Below are positions 38,549-47,622 of a DNA stretch of 64,000 bases, one piece after another. Within the stretch, counting starts at the first letter, position 1; each line of letters opens with the position of its first letter. The notes beneath the pieces were generated by a model that did not search any database, was not told the origin of the DNA, and saw only the letters and a list, made by a program, of their open reading frames with translations. The DNA comes from an uncultured Prevotella sp. GTDB lineage: Bacteria > Bacteroidota > Bacteroidia > Bacteroidales > Bacteroidaceae. The translations under genes and the position numbers were made by a program. The stretch lies in the NCBI GenBank assembly GCA_946403845.1, contig CAMJBL010000004.1, positions 26,170 to 90,169 on the forward strand, read 5' to 3'.

Positions 38549-40043
38549 ACAGCGCGTAGTCATCATAGGAAGTGGCATGGGCGGCCTTTCATGTGGGGTT
38601 GTCTTGGCCAAAAACGGCTATGATGTTACTGTGTTAGAACAAGGCACCCAAATAGGGGGCTGTTTACAATGTTTCTCTCGTAAAGGAGCTCTTTTTGAGA
38701 CAGGTATGCACTTCATTGGTAGTGCTGCAGAGGGGCAGACACTCGATAAACTGTTGCAATATCTTGAGGTAAAAAAGGATATTCAGTTGTCAGAATTAGA
38801 TAGGGGAGGGTACGATGTCATATGTTTAGATGGTAAAAAATACCTTTTTGCAAATGGTCGCGATGCTTTCATTGAGCAGATGGCCAGTTATTTCCCCCAT
38901 CAGCGCAAGCAATTGAATCAGTATTTTGATTTGATAGAGAAAGTGGCAGGAGCCTCATCGCTTCATTCATTGAAACATGCGGAGAGCGATGCAGCTATCA
39001 ATACGGAGTATCAGTTGCGCTCTATCAATGAGGTTATTGATAGTGTAATCACAGACCCATTGCTTGCCAAGGTTCTTGTGGGATCATTACCATTGTATGC
39101 AGCAGAGAAAGACAAGACACCTTTTTCTACGCATGCTTTTATTATGGACTTCTATAATCAAAGTGCCTATCGAATAGTAGGTGGAAGTGATAAGATAGCT
39201 AAATCGATGGCACACACCTTAGAGCATTATGATTGCAAGGTTCTGACTCGAAGCAAAGTAACTCGAATAATATGTGACGACACACACGCTACTGGTGTTG
39301 AAATTAATGGGAGTGACTTCATGCCATGCGATTACGTTATCTCTGATGCCCACCCAATGCGAACACTTGAACTGATAGATTCAAAGCTCATTCGCCCTTC
39401 ATTCCGGTCCCGCATTAATTCCATTCCTCAAACAGTAGGCGGTTTTTCTGTTTATATTGAATATAAAGATGAAACAGTGCCCTACCAAAACTACAATTTT
39501 TATGGTTATAATGATGGAACACCATGGGATTGTGAAAAATACAATGAATTAACGTGGCCTAAAGGCTATTTATATATGCATTTTTGTTCTGAGTCTCATC
39601 CTCGCTATGCTAAAACTGGCGTTATCTTGTCTTATATGCATATGAGAGAGGTTGAGCAATGGGTCGGAACAGAAATTGGGCATAGAGGTAAAGCTTATGA
39701 GGTATTTAAAAAGCAAAAAGCAGAAAAGTTGCTGGAAATAGTAGAGCGACAATTCCCTGGTTTGAGAGCTAATATCAAACACTATTATACCTCTACACCC
39801 TTGACATACCAAGATTATACTGGTACAGAAGGAGGTAGCATGTATGGTGTTGCTCGCGACATACATATGGGAGCTGCATGTAGAGTTCCACACCGAACAA
39901 AGATCCCTAACGTATTACAAACAGGCCAGAACATCAATTCGCATGGCATATTAGGCGTAACAGTTGGAACTATTGTTACATGTAGTGAGTTATTAACAGC
40001 AGAGCGTATCTATCAACAAATCATCGAGGCAAATAGAAGATGA
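38541..40043 (+). CDS. Phytoene desaturase/retinol saturase family FAD oxidoreductase
   Basis: IIGSGMGGL, ETGMHFIG, STPLT, GSMYG and TGQNINSHG motifs. Confidence 0.88.
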   Translation: MSKQRVVIIGSGMGGLSCGVVLAKNGYDVTVLEQGTQIGGCLQCFSRKGALFETGMHFIGSAAEGQTLDKLLQYLEVKKDIQLSELDRGGYDVICLDGKKYLFANGRDAFIEQMASYFPHQRKQLNQYFDLIEKVAGASSLHSLKHAESDAAINTEYQLRSINEVIDSVITDPLLAKVLVGSLPLYAAEKDKTPFSTHAFIMDFYNQSAYRIVGGSDKIAKSMAHTLEHYDCKVLTRSKVTRIICDDTHATGVEINGSDFMPCDYVISDAHPMRTLELIDSKLIRPSFRSRINSIPQTVGGFSVYIEYKDETVPYQNYNFYGYNDGTPWDCEKYNELTWPKGYLYMHFCSESHPRYAKTGVILSYMHMREVEQWVGTEIGHRGKAYEVFKKQKAEKLLEIVERQFPGLRANIKHYYTSTPLTYQDYTGTEGGSMYGVARDIHMGAACRVPHRTKIPNVLQTGQNINSHGILGVTVGTIVTCSELLTAERIYQQIIEANRR

Positions 40044-41548
40044 ATCAAAATGTTATCATAATAGGAGCTGGTTTGGGTGGTCTATTTACTGGGGCGATTC
40101 TGAGCAAAGAAGGTTTCAAAGTCACAATATTTGAAAAGAATGCTATCATTGGTGGTGGGTTGCAGACCTTCCAGCGCTTTGGTGAGCATTTTGATACAGG
40201 TATGCACGTTATTGGAGGCTTGCAGCCTGGTGGAAATATCTGGAAAATATGTCGCTATCTTGGTATCCTTGATAAGATTAAAGTGAGGGATGTTGACGAA
40301 AAATGTACTGACCGTCTTTATTTTTCTGAAGACAAGACCTATTATATAATAGGAAAAGGTCGGGATGGTTTTATCAGTTCTTTAACCAAGCAATTCCCTA
40401 AGGAAAAAGAAAATCTAGAGCAATATGTAGATGCTATCATGGCAATCTCTGATAAGGTAGACCTGTTTAATCTACGCCCTTCACAGGGACAGGTAAGTCT
40501 GTTTACAGGGTCTGATGATTTCCTAATGTCAGCTGATGCTTTTATTGCCAAATATATTTCTGATGAACGTTTGCGTAGCGTACTTGCTTATATGAACCCC
40601 CTATATGGTGGTAAAGCTCATGAAACTCCAGCATATATACATGCCATCATAAGTACCTTGTACATTAATGGAGCGAGTCGCTTTGTTGGCGGAAGTAGAC
40701 AGTTTGCTGATGTGTTGGCGAATGTGATCAAACAGAATGGAGGTGATGTGTTTGCAAATGATGGCGTAGAATGGATAGAAGTCAATGACCGAAAGGTGGA
40801 TTTTGCCAGGACAAAGAGTGGAAAGCAACTAACAGCAGACTATTACATCTCGGATGTACATCCTTGTACACTTTTAAAACTGATGGACGAAAAAGCGTTC
40901 CCCAAGTCTTATCGTGAGCGATTGGAGATGATTCCCAATACCCACTCCGCTTTCTCATTGTACATCAAATTGAAGCCAAACAGTTTTCCGTACATTAACC
41001 ATTCGGAATACTATATGACGAAATATGCTGATGTATGGAACTTCAGCCGAACAGATCGTCCTTGGCCCCTTGGATTCTTAATGATGACACCACCCAACGA
41101 GAACCAAGGAGAGTATGCTACTAAAATACTCGTTACAGCGCCCATGCCTTTCCAGATGGTAAAGAAATGGGAGAATACGACAGTGGGACATCGTGGTGCA
41201 GAGTATGAGAAGTGGAAGGAAGAGCGAGCAAATGAGTTGTTGGCACAAATGGAAGAGATGTATCCAGGCTTCTCAAATGCTATAGAGGCAATGAACACAT
41301 CTTCTCCTCTTAGTATACGCGATTTCTATGGAGTTAAAGAAGGTAGCATCTGTGGTTTTGCCAAAAATTGTCAGAATATTACCCTTTCTCAAGTGCCTGT
41401 TGTTACAAAGGTCCATAATCTACTTCTTACGGGGCAGAACAATAATCTACATGGTTTTTGTGGTGTGCCACTCACAGCAATCAATACCTGTGAAGCTATT
41501 CTGGGTATGAATTATGTAATTAATAAGATTAATGAATGTATAGGTTAG
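40040..41548 (+). CDS. Phytoene desaturase/retinol saturase family FAD oxidoreductase (paralog)
   Basis: IIGAGLGGL, DTGMHVIG, SSPLS and TGQNNNLHG motifs. Confidence 0.88.
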   Translation: MNQNVIIIGAGLGGLFTGAILSKEGFKVTIFEKNAIIGGGLQTFQRFGEHFDTGMHVIGGLQPGGNIWKICRYLGILDKIKVRDVDEKCTDRLYFSEDKTYYIIGKGRDGFISSLTKQFPKEKENLEQYVDAIMAISDKVDLFNLRPSQGQVSLFTGSDDFLMSADAFIAKYISDERLRSVLAYMNPLYGGKAHETPAYIHAIISTLYINGASRFVGGSRQFADVLANVIKQNGGDVFANDGVEWIEVNDRKVDFARTKSGKQLTADYYISDVHPCTLLKLMDEKAFPKSYRERLEMIPNTHSAFSLYIKLKPNSFPYINHSEYYMTKYADVWNFSRTDRPWPLGFLMMTPPNENQGEYATKILVTAPMPFQMVKKWENTTVGHRGAEYEKWKEERANELLAQMEEMYPGFSNAIEAMNTSSPLSIRDFYGVKEGSICGFAKNCQNITLSQVPVVTKVHNLLLTGQNNNLHGFCGVPLTAINTCEAILGMNYVINKINECIG

Positions 41549-42393
41549 TATTCATCCTGTTATTTAATATGCTTTTTACAATGGCATATGCCCAAGTAAA
41601 CATTTGGGAAGGGTCAACAGTTCATAAGCGGGTGGAACTAACTCCATATATTACTGAGCCCCAGCAAACATCAGGGAATTTGACTATTATTGTATGTCCA
41701 GGTGGTAGCTATTTTTGGCATGATATTGAGACAGAGGGGCATGAGGTTGGCCGATGGTTGCAGAATAATGGAATCAATGCCTTTGTATTAAATTATCGTA
41801 CAGCCTACGTTCCTGCGTTTATAACGCATTATCGCTTGATATCTCGAGGTAATCGTTATCCTGATCCACAAGATGACTTATGTCAGGCCATACGCTATGT
41901 CAAGACAAATGCTGAGAAATATCATGTAGATTCATCGAAAATAGGTATAATGGGTTTTTCTGCAGGCGGTCACTTGGCAATGTCAGCTGCAGAATTATTT
42001 GATGGCAAGGATCTTCCAGCTTTTGTTGTGGCAATCTATCCTGTTGTTACGATGATAGAGCCTTGTGTTCACAAACGTTCGCGTAGAGGATTGTTAGGTG
42101 ACTCTAGAGTTGGAAATAAGGAATTACGAGATCTGTTATCATTAGAACGCCATGTTCCTTCGGCCTGTCCTCCTGTTTTCTTAGTTAACTGTATTGATGA
42201 TCCAATTGTGGATTATCGAAATTCCGTACTACTCGACTCTGCATTGACAGCTAATAATATAGAGCATCGATATGTTCAATTTGATACAGGTGGTCATGGC
42301 TTTGGAGTAAGTGATCATAAAGGAACAGTTGAGAGCCGCCAATGGAAATCTATTTTTTTGGAATGGATAGAAAGAATAAAGAAACTAATATAA
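41536..42393 (+). CDS. Secreted alpha/beta hydrolase (esterase/lipase)
   Basis: CPGGSY, GFSAGGH, DDPIV and GGHGFG motifs. Confidence 0.88.
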   Translation: MYRLVFILLFNMLFTMAYAQVNIWEGSTVHKRVELTPYITEPQQTSGNLTIIVCPGGSYFWHDIETEGHEVGRWLQNNGINAFVLNYRTAYVPAFITHYRLISRGNRYPDPQDDLCQAIRYVKTNAEKYHVDSSKIGIMGFSAGGHLAMSAAELFDGKDLPAFVVAIYPVVTMIEPCVHKRSRRGLLGDSRVGNKELRDLLSLERHVPSACPPVFLVNCIDDPIVDYRNSVLLDSALTANNIEHRYVQFDTGGHGFGVSDHKGTVESRQWKSIFLEWIERIKKLI

Positions 42394-42400
42394 AATAGGT

Positions 42401-43531
42401 ATGGTAAAGAATCCAAAGTTTGACGATATTCGTCCATATTACGAAGAGGAAATACCAGATGCTATGCAGCGTATAGCAGAAAGTGATGCTTTCCCCTTAA
42501 TGGCTTCATTTGTATATCCCTCAGATCCAATTGAGGATGTACGTGCTCGGATTCGTTCATTCAAAACTGTGAGAGAATTCCAGCACGACACTATGCGTCG
42601 TGTGAATGAACAGATTATTTCTCGTAGTATCAGTGAATTTACTGTCACAGGATTGGAACGTTTATCTCCGGATAAGCATTATCTTTTTGTTTCTAACCAT
42701 CGGGATATTATGCTTGACGCAAGTCTCTTGCAATATTATTTTGTAATTAACGGTTTTGATACAACTGAGATTACTTTCGGTGCAAATCTGATGATGCATC
42801 CTGTGGTTATTGATGTAGGAAAAAGCAATAAGATGTTCAAAGTTGCTCGTCCAGGTGGAGATATCAAGGAATTTTATCGTAGCTCAATGCATCTATCCGA
42901 ATACATCCGTTATACCATCATGGAAAAGGGACAGTCAGTTTGGATTGCTCAGCGAAACGGTCGTACCAAGAATGGTATTGATCAGACAGATCAGGGCATT
43001 ATTAAAATGTTTTGTTTGAGCGATAGTAAAGACAAAATTAGAGCTTTAGCAGATTTGAATATCGTCCCAATTTCCATCTCTTACGAATGGGAGTCATGTG
43101 ATATCCTGAAAGCTTTAGAGTTGTATGAATCCCAATATACTAAATATACAAAAAAGCCAGGTGAGGATCTAAATAGTATCCTTACTGGTATCTTGCAACC
43201 CAAAGGGCATGTACATATTGCTATTTGTCAGCCTATTCGAATGGCAGAGTTGTCCGCATTCGAACGACAGACCAATAATGAATATCACAAGTCTGTTGCC
43301 CGATTAATCGATAGTCGTATCAATATGGCATATCGTTTGTTCCCAAACAACTACATCGCTCATGATATACTATATGGGAATACACGCTATCAGTCGATGT
43401 ACACCGAGGAAGAATACGAATTGTTCCGTCAACATTTACAGAAACTTGACCGTTACGAAGACACTTGTGATATAGAACGGCTTCGAGAGATTTTTGTTGG
43501 AATCTATGCTAATCCTGTTGACAATCGTTAG
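42401..43531 (+). CDS. Glycerol-phosphate acyltransferase family protein
   Basis: FDDIRPY, SNHRDIMLD and WIAQRNGRTKNG motifs. Confidence 0.87.
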   Translation: MVKNPKFDDIRPYYEEEIPDAMQRIAESDAFPLMASFVYPSDPIEDVRARIRSFKTVREFQHDTMRRVNEQIISRSISEFTVTGLERLSPDKHYLFVSNHRDIMLDASLLQYYFVINGFDTTEITFGANLMMHPVVIDVGKSNKMFKVARPGGDIKEFYRSSMHLSEYIRYTIMEKGQSVWIAQRNGRTKNGIDQTDQGIIKMFCLSDSKDKIRALADLNIVPISISYEWESCDILKALELYESQYTKYTKKPGEDLNSILTGILQPKGHVHIAICQPIRMAELSAFERQTNNEYHKSVARLIDSRINMAYRLFPNNYIAHDILYGNTRYQSMYTEEEYELFRQHLQKLDRYEDTCDIERLREIFVGIYANPVDNR

Positions 43532-43541
43532 GAGTTAGAAA

Positions 43542-46061
43542 ATGACAAGGCTGATACTTCATATATTCGAATTGTTAAAGGCAAACGCATTGCTACGTTG
43601 GATATCGCTGGCGGTGCTTACTTTAGTCTTAGGGCTGCTATTAACAAAGCAGTCGTATAAGGAAGATATCTCTGATTTCCTTCCACTTGACAATGGGCAG
43701 CAGCAGGCTTTTCAGGACTATCAGAACACTTCGAGTGCGCGTCGTATCTTTGTTATTTTTGAAACCCCGGATAGTTTGTCTCAGACTGTTTTAGACCAGT
43801 TCTGTGAAGTATTGGAAAAAGCAGATACTGCAGAGATTATTGACTATATGACAGCAGACGATCCTCAAGTGATGCAGGATGCTATGAATGCCATATATGC
43901 TCAAATTCCTTACCTGCTGACAACTGACGACTATGCACGTATTGATAGTCTAATGGCAGAGCCGGACTTTATAACCCGCCAATTAGACAATGACAAGCAG
44001 ATGTTGATGTTGCCTACTGCAGGAATGACGACCTTGCAAATCCAGCATGATCCGTTAAATCTGTTTATGCCTGTTTTGGAGCGACTGAAACCGACTTTTC
44101 TATCCAATCATACGATGCTCTTGATAGACTCTCCTTATGGAGCCAGTGAAACAGAGCATAATGCTCAGTTGGTAGCCATGTTACAAAAGGTGTGTGACAG
44201 TGTCAGTAGTGAGCACGCAGATGTTGCCATTCGCCTAACGGGAGGCCCGGTAATAGCTGTTGGAAATGCTCAACAAATAAAAAGTGACAGCATGTTATCT
44301 GTCGTCATCGCTGTCATCCTGATTCTTCTACTGCTATGGTTCACATTCCGGAATGTACGCAACTTGTTCTTAATAGTACTTAGCATAGGTTGGGGCTGGC
44401 TTTTTGCCATGGGCTGTCTGACACTAATACATAATGATGTTTCTATCATAGTAATTGGAATCTCATCAGTCATCTTGGGTATTGCAGTCAATTATCCGCT
44501 TCACCTCATAGCTCATCTTTCTCATACGGTCGACATGCGTTCTGCATTAAAAGAGATTGTAATGCCCCTGGTAGTTGGTAACATTACTACAGTAGGAGCA
44601 TTTCTCGCGCTTGTGCCATTAGAGTCTGTGGCATTGCGCGACTTAGGTCTCTTCAGCGCTTTTCTATTAATAGGTACCATCCTATTTGTCCTCTTCTGGT
44701 TGCCTCATATGGCGCATCAGACATCAATAGCCTCTCATGACCTTTTTGGCAAGATTGGAGATGTGCAATTAGAGAACAAATCATGGATAGTCTGGACTGT
44801 TTTGGCCCTGACTCTTTTATTGGGCTACTTTAGTTTGCAGACTTCTTTCGATGCGGATCTTCGTAACATCAACTATATCACAGAAGAACAGAAACAAGAT
44901 ATGCAATATCTGGATCAGTTCTCAACGATGAAGTCTCAGGCATCAGACCTAAATCAGTGGAATGAATGGCGGAAGAGTAGGGGGACTGTGTTGTGTCAGG
45001 AGCTCAGGAATGTCGCTATGCAGGAAGGTTTTGCAGATGATTCTTTCGAAGACTTTTACAAATTAGTTTCTACTGCGCCAAAAGATGAAATACAATCGTT
45101 AACTACTACCATTGTCAATAACCTCTCAGACAACTTTAATTATATTGGATGGGCCTGCGGTTTTATTGTCTTCTTCTTCCTCTGGTTCTCATTAGGTAGC
45201 ATCGAGTTGGCTCTGTTGTCATTTCTTCCTATGGCTGTCAGTTGGATATGGATATTAGGCATTATGTCATTGTTTGGAATCCAGTTTAATGTTGTTAATA
45301 TCATTTTAGCGACCTTTATTTTTGGGCAGGGCGATGACTATACAATCTTTATGACTGAGGGTTGTCAGTACGAATATGCCTATCGTCGGAAGATGCTCAG
45401 TTCTTATAAGTATAGCATCATCATCTCAGCTCTGATCATGTTTATTGGTATTGGTGCCCTGATTGTTGCTAAACATCCCGCTCTTTTTTCTCTGGCTGAG
45501 GTAACAATCATCGGAATGTTCTCCGTCGTTTTGATGGCCTATCTTTTCCCGCCCCTCATTTTCCGATGGCTGGTTTATATTCACGGAAAAGAGCGATATA
45601 GGCCTCTAACTTTAAAAAATTTGGTAAAAAGAAATAGTATCCGAACGACAGATCTTATATCCGATTTTTATCGGTACAGAGGTATAGAGATCGTAACAGC
45701 AGTCAATAAACGACTGCGGAGATTTAATAAGAAAGGCTATTTCCAGTCCATAGAAGAACAATTATTGCCTTCAACCAAGACTGTCATGTTTATCAATAGT
45801 GGTTGGGGGGAGATCGTGATGTATTATGCGTTACAAAGACCGAATATGACTATTATATCCATAGAAAAGGATCATGACAAGTCTTGTGTGGCTCAGAATG
45901 TTGCAGAAGATCGTATTACCAATGTGTCCTTTTATGAAGATTATAATACTGTTATACAATCGATGGGTATCGGGAACTCAACATTTCAGACAATTCTTCT
46001 CGACCCATGCGAGAAAGATGTTTTAGATTATTCATTTCTTAATCCGATAATCATAAAGTAA
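43542..46061 (+). CDS. MMPL/RND family exporter with degenerate methyltransferase-like C-terminus
   Basis: Two TM bundles; GIAVNY, GNITT and GQGDDY motifs; C-terminal INSGWGE. Confidence 0.85.
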   Translation: MTRLILHIFELLKANALLRWISLAVLTLVLGLLLTKQSYKEDISDFLPLDNGQQQAFQDYQNTSSARRIFVIFETPDSLSQTVLDQFCEVLEKADTAEIIDYMTADDPQVMQDAMNAIYAQIPYLLTTDDYARIDSLMAEPDFITRQLDNDKQMLMLPTAGMTTLQIQHDPLNLFMPVLERLKPTFLSNHTMLLIDSPYGASETEHNAQLVAMLQKVCDSVSSEHADVAIRLTGGPVIAVGNAQQIKSDSMLSVVIAVILILLLLWFTFRNVRNLFLIVLSIGWGWLFAMGCLTLIHNDVSIIVIGISSVILGIAVNYPLHLIAHLSHTVDMRSALKEIVMPLVVGNITTVGAFLALVPLESVALRDLGLFSAFLLIGTILFVLFWLPHMAHQTSIASHDLFGKIGDVQLENKSWIVWTVLALTLLLGYFSLQTSFDADLRNINYITEEQKQDMQYLDQFSTMKSQASDLNQWNEWRKSRGTVLCQELRNVAMQEGFADDSFEDFYKLVSTAPKDEIQSLTTTIVNNLSDNFNYIGWACGFIVFFFLWFSLGSIELALLSFLPMAVSWIWILGIMSLFGIQFNVVNIILATFIFGQGDDYTIFMTEGCQYEYAYRRKMLSSYKYSIIISALIMFIGIGALIVAKHPALFSLAEVTIIGMFSVVLMAYLFPPLIFRWLVYIHGKERYRPLTLKNLVKRNSIRTTDLISDFYRYRGIEIVTAVNKRLRRFNKKGYFQSIEEQLLPSTKTVMFINSGWGEIVMYYALQRPNMTIISIEKDHDKSCVAQNVAEDRITNVSFYEDYNTVIQSMGIGNSTFQTILLDPCEKDVLDYSFLNPIIIK

Positions 46062-46066
46062 TAACG

Positions 46067-46291
46067 ATGAAAGAGAAAATCAGACAGTTGCTGGAAGATG
46101 CACTTCCTTTGGTGGATTTCGATTCCGATTTCCTTTTCAGCGAACTCGATTCTCTGGGTGTCACAACCATCCTTATGATGCTTTCAGATGAATTTGACAT
46201 AGAATTGGAATCAAGGGATGCTACACCCAAAAACCTGAAATCAATTGATAGTATTGTCGCACTTGTAGAGAAAAAAATAGCAGAAAAGTAA
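46067..46291 (+). CDS. Carrier protein (ACP/DltC-like)
   Basis: FSELDSLGV; 74 aa, acidic; adjacent to the adenylation enzyme. Confidence 0.85.
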   Translation: MKEKIRQLLEDALPLVDFDSDFLFSELDSLGVTTILMMLSDEFDIELESRDATPKNLKSIDSIVALVEKKIAEK

Positions 46292-46292
46292 T

Positions 46293-47612
46293 ATGATGAC
46301 ATTAGAAGGTTATATTGAGCAGAACTCCAAACTTTATCCCGATAAGGTCGCAATTATTTGTAATCAGGAAAAATGTACCTATCAGGAACTGCAGGAGAAA
46401 ATCGTCAATAAGACCATTGAACTGAAGGGCAAGTCATATCAGAAGGGGCAAATCGTTTGTCTCAGGGCATTGCCTGGTCTGGATTTTATTGTAACTTATT
46501 TTGCATTACATCTGATAGGATGCGTCGTAGCTCCGCTGGAAAAAGACACACCAGAGTCCTCATTCCAAAGGATTTCAGATGAGCTTTGTTCTCATTCTGT
46601 CCCAGACGGATCTGCTGATATCCTGTACACGACTGGCACAACCGGGAAATCAAAAGGAGCCATCATCAGCCATCGTACAATTATAGCTGATGCGGAGAAC
46701 CTGATAGAAGGTCAGGGCTTCAGTCACGATCTGGTATTTGTTGTGAACGGGCCGTTAAACCATATTGGGAGTCTGTCCAAGATCTATCCCGTTATGATGT
46801 TGGGTGGTACGCTCATTATTGTTGACGGATTAAAAGATATCAATGCTTTCTATCAGGCCTTTGATTATCCTGCACACAAAATGGCAACATTCCTTGTCCC
46901 TGCAAGCATTCGGATTCTCCTGCAATTCAGTGCAAACAGGCTAGCTGCATTGGCTGACAAGATAGATTTTATTGAGACTGGCGCTGCTGCTATTTCCCAA
47001 GCTGACATGGAGTTGTTATGTAAACTTTTGCCAAACAGTAGATTATATAACACCTATGCCTCAACAGAAACAGGCATCATCAGTACCTATAACTTTAATG
47101 ATGGCAAATGTCAGGCAGGCTGTTTAGGAAAGCCCATGAAGCACTCTGAAATCGTTATTACAGACAAAGGACTCATTTCATGTAAGGGAGATACGATCAT
47201 GAGTGGATATGTGGGGGATCCGGAGAGGACTGCCTCAGTGCTTCGAGATGGCGTCATATATACGTCAGATCTTGGGATGCTTGACGATGAGGGGATGCTC
47301 CATCTCGCTGGGCGTGAAGATGATGTGATTAATGTCGGTGGATTTAAAGTCGCCCCCACTGAGGTGGAAAATGTCGCAATGGAATTGCCAGAAATCACCG
47401 ACTGTATCTGCGTAGCGACTCAGCACCCTGTATTGGGAACGGCATTAAAACTCCTTGTCGTGCTCGAAAGTGGCGCTCAATTGGACAAGAAAAAAATAGC
47501 CCGCTATATCAATTCGAAACTTGAAAGCTACAAAGTTCCCTTTGTCTATGAGGCCATTGATTCGGTTCACAGGACCTACAACGGAAAAGTAGACCGCAAG
47601 TATTATCGTTAA
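46293..47612 (+). CDS. AMP-binding (adenylate-forming) ligase
   Basis: YTTGTTGKSKG, YASTE, TSDLG, GREDDVINVGG and NGKVDR motifs. Confidence 0.9.
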   Translation: MMTLEGYIEQNSKLYPDKVAIICNQEKCTYQELQEKIVNKTIELKGKSYQKGQIVCLRALPGLDFIVTYFALHLIGCVVAPLEKDTPESSFQRISDELCSHSVPDGSADILYTTGTTGKSKGAIISHRTIIADAENLIEGQGFSHDLVFVVNGPLNHIGSLSKIYPVMMLGGTLIIVDGLKDINAFYQAFDYPAHKMATFLVPASIRILLQFSANRLAALADKIDFIETGAAAISQADMELLCKLLPNSRLYNTYASTETGIISTYNFNDGKCQAGCLGKPMKHSEIVITDKGLISCKGDTIMSGYVGDPERTASVLRDGVIYTSDLGMLDDEGMLHLAGREDDVINVGGFKVAPTEVENVAMELPEITDCICVATQHPVLGTALKLLVVLESGAQLDKKKIARYINSKLESYKVPFVYEAIDSVHRTYNGKVDRKYYR

Positions 47613-47622
47613 AAGTTACGCA

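Noticed and set aside
38541..41548. Carotenoid biosynthesis
   Set aside because: No phytoene synthase, GGPP synthase or cyclase; the CrtI-like genes are embedded in an ACP/KS cluster
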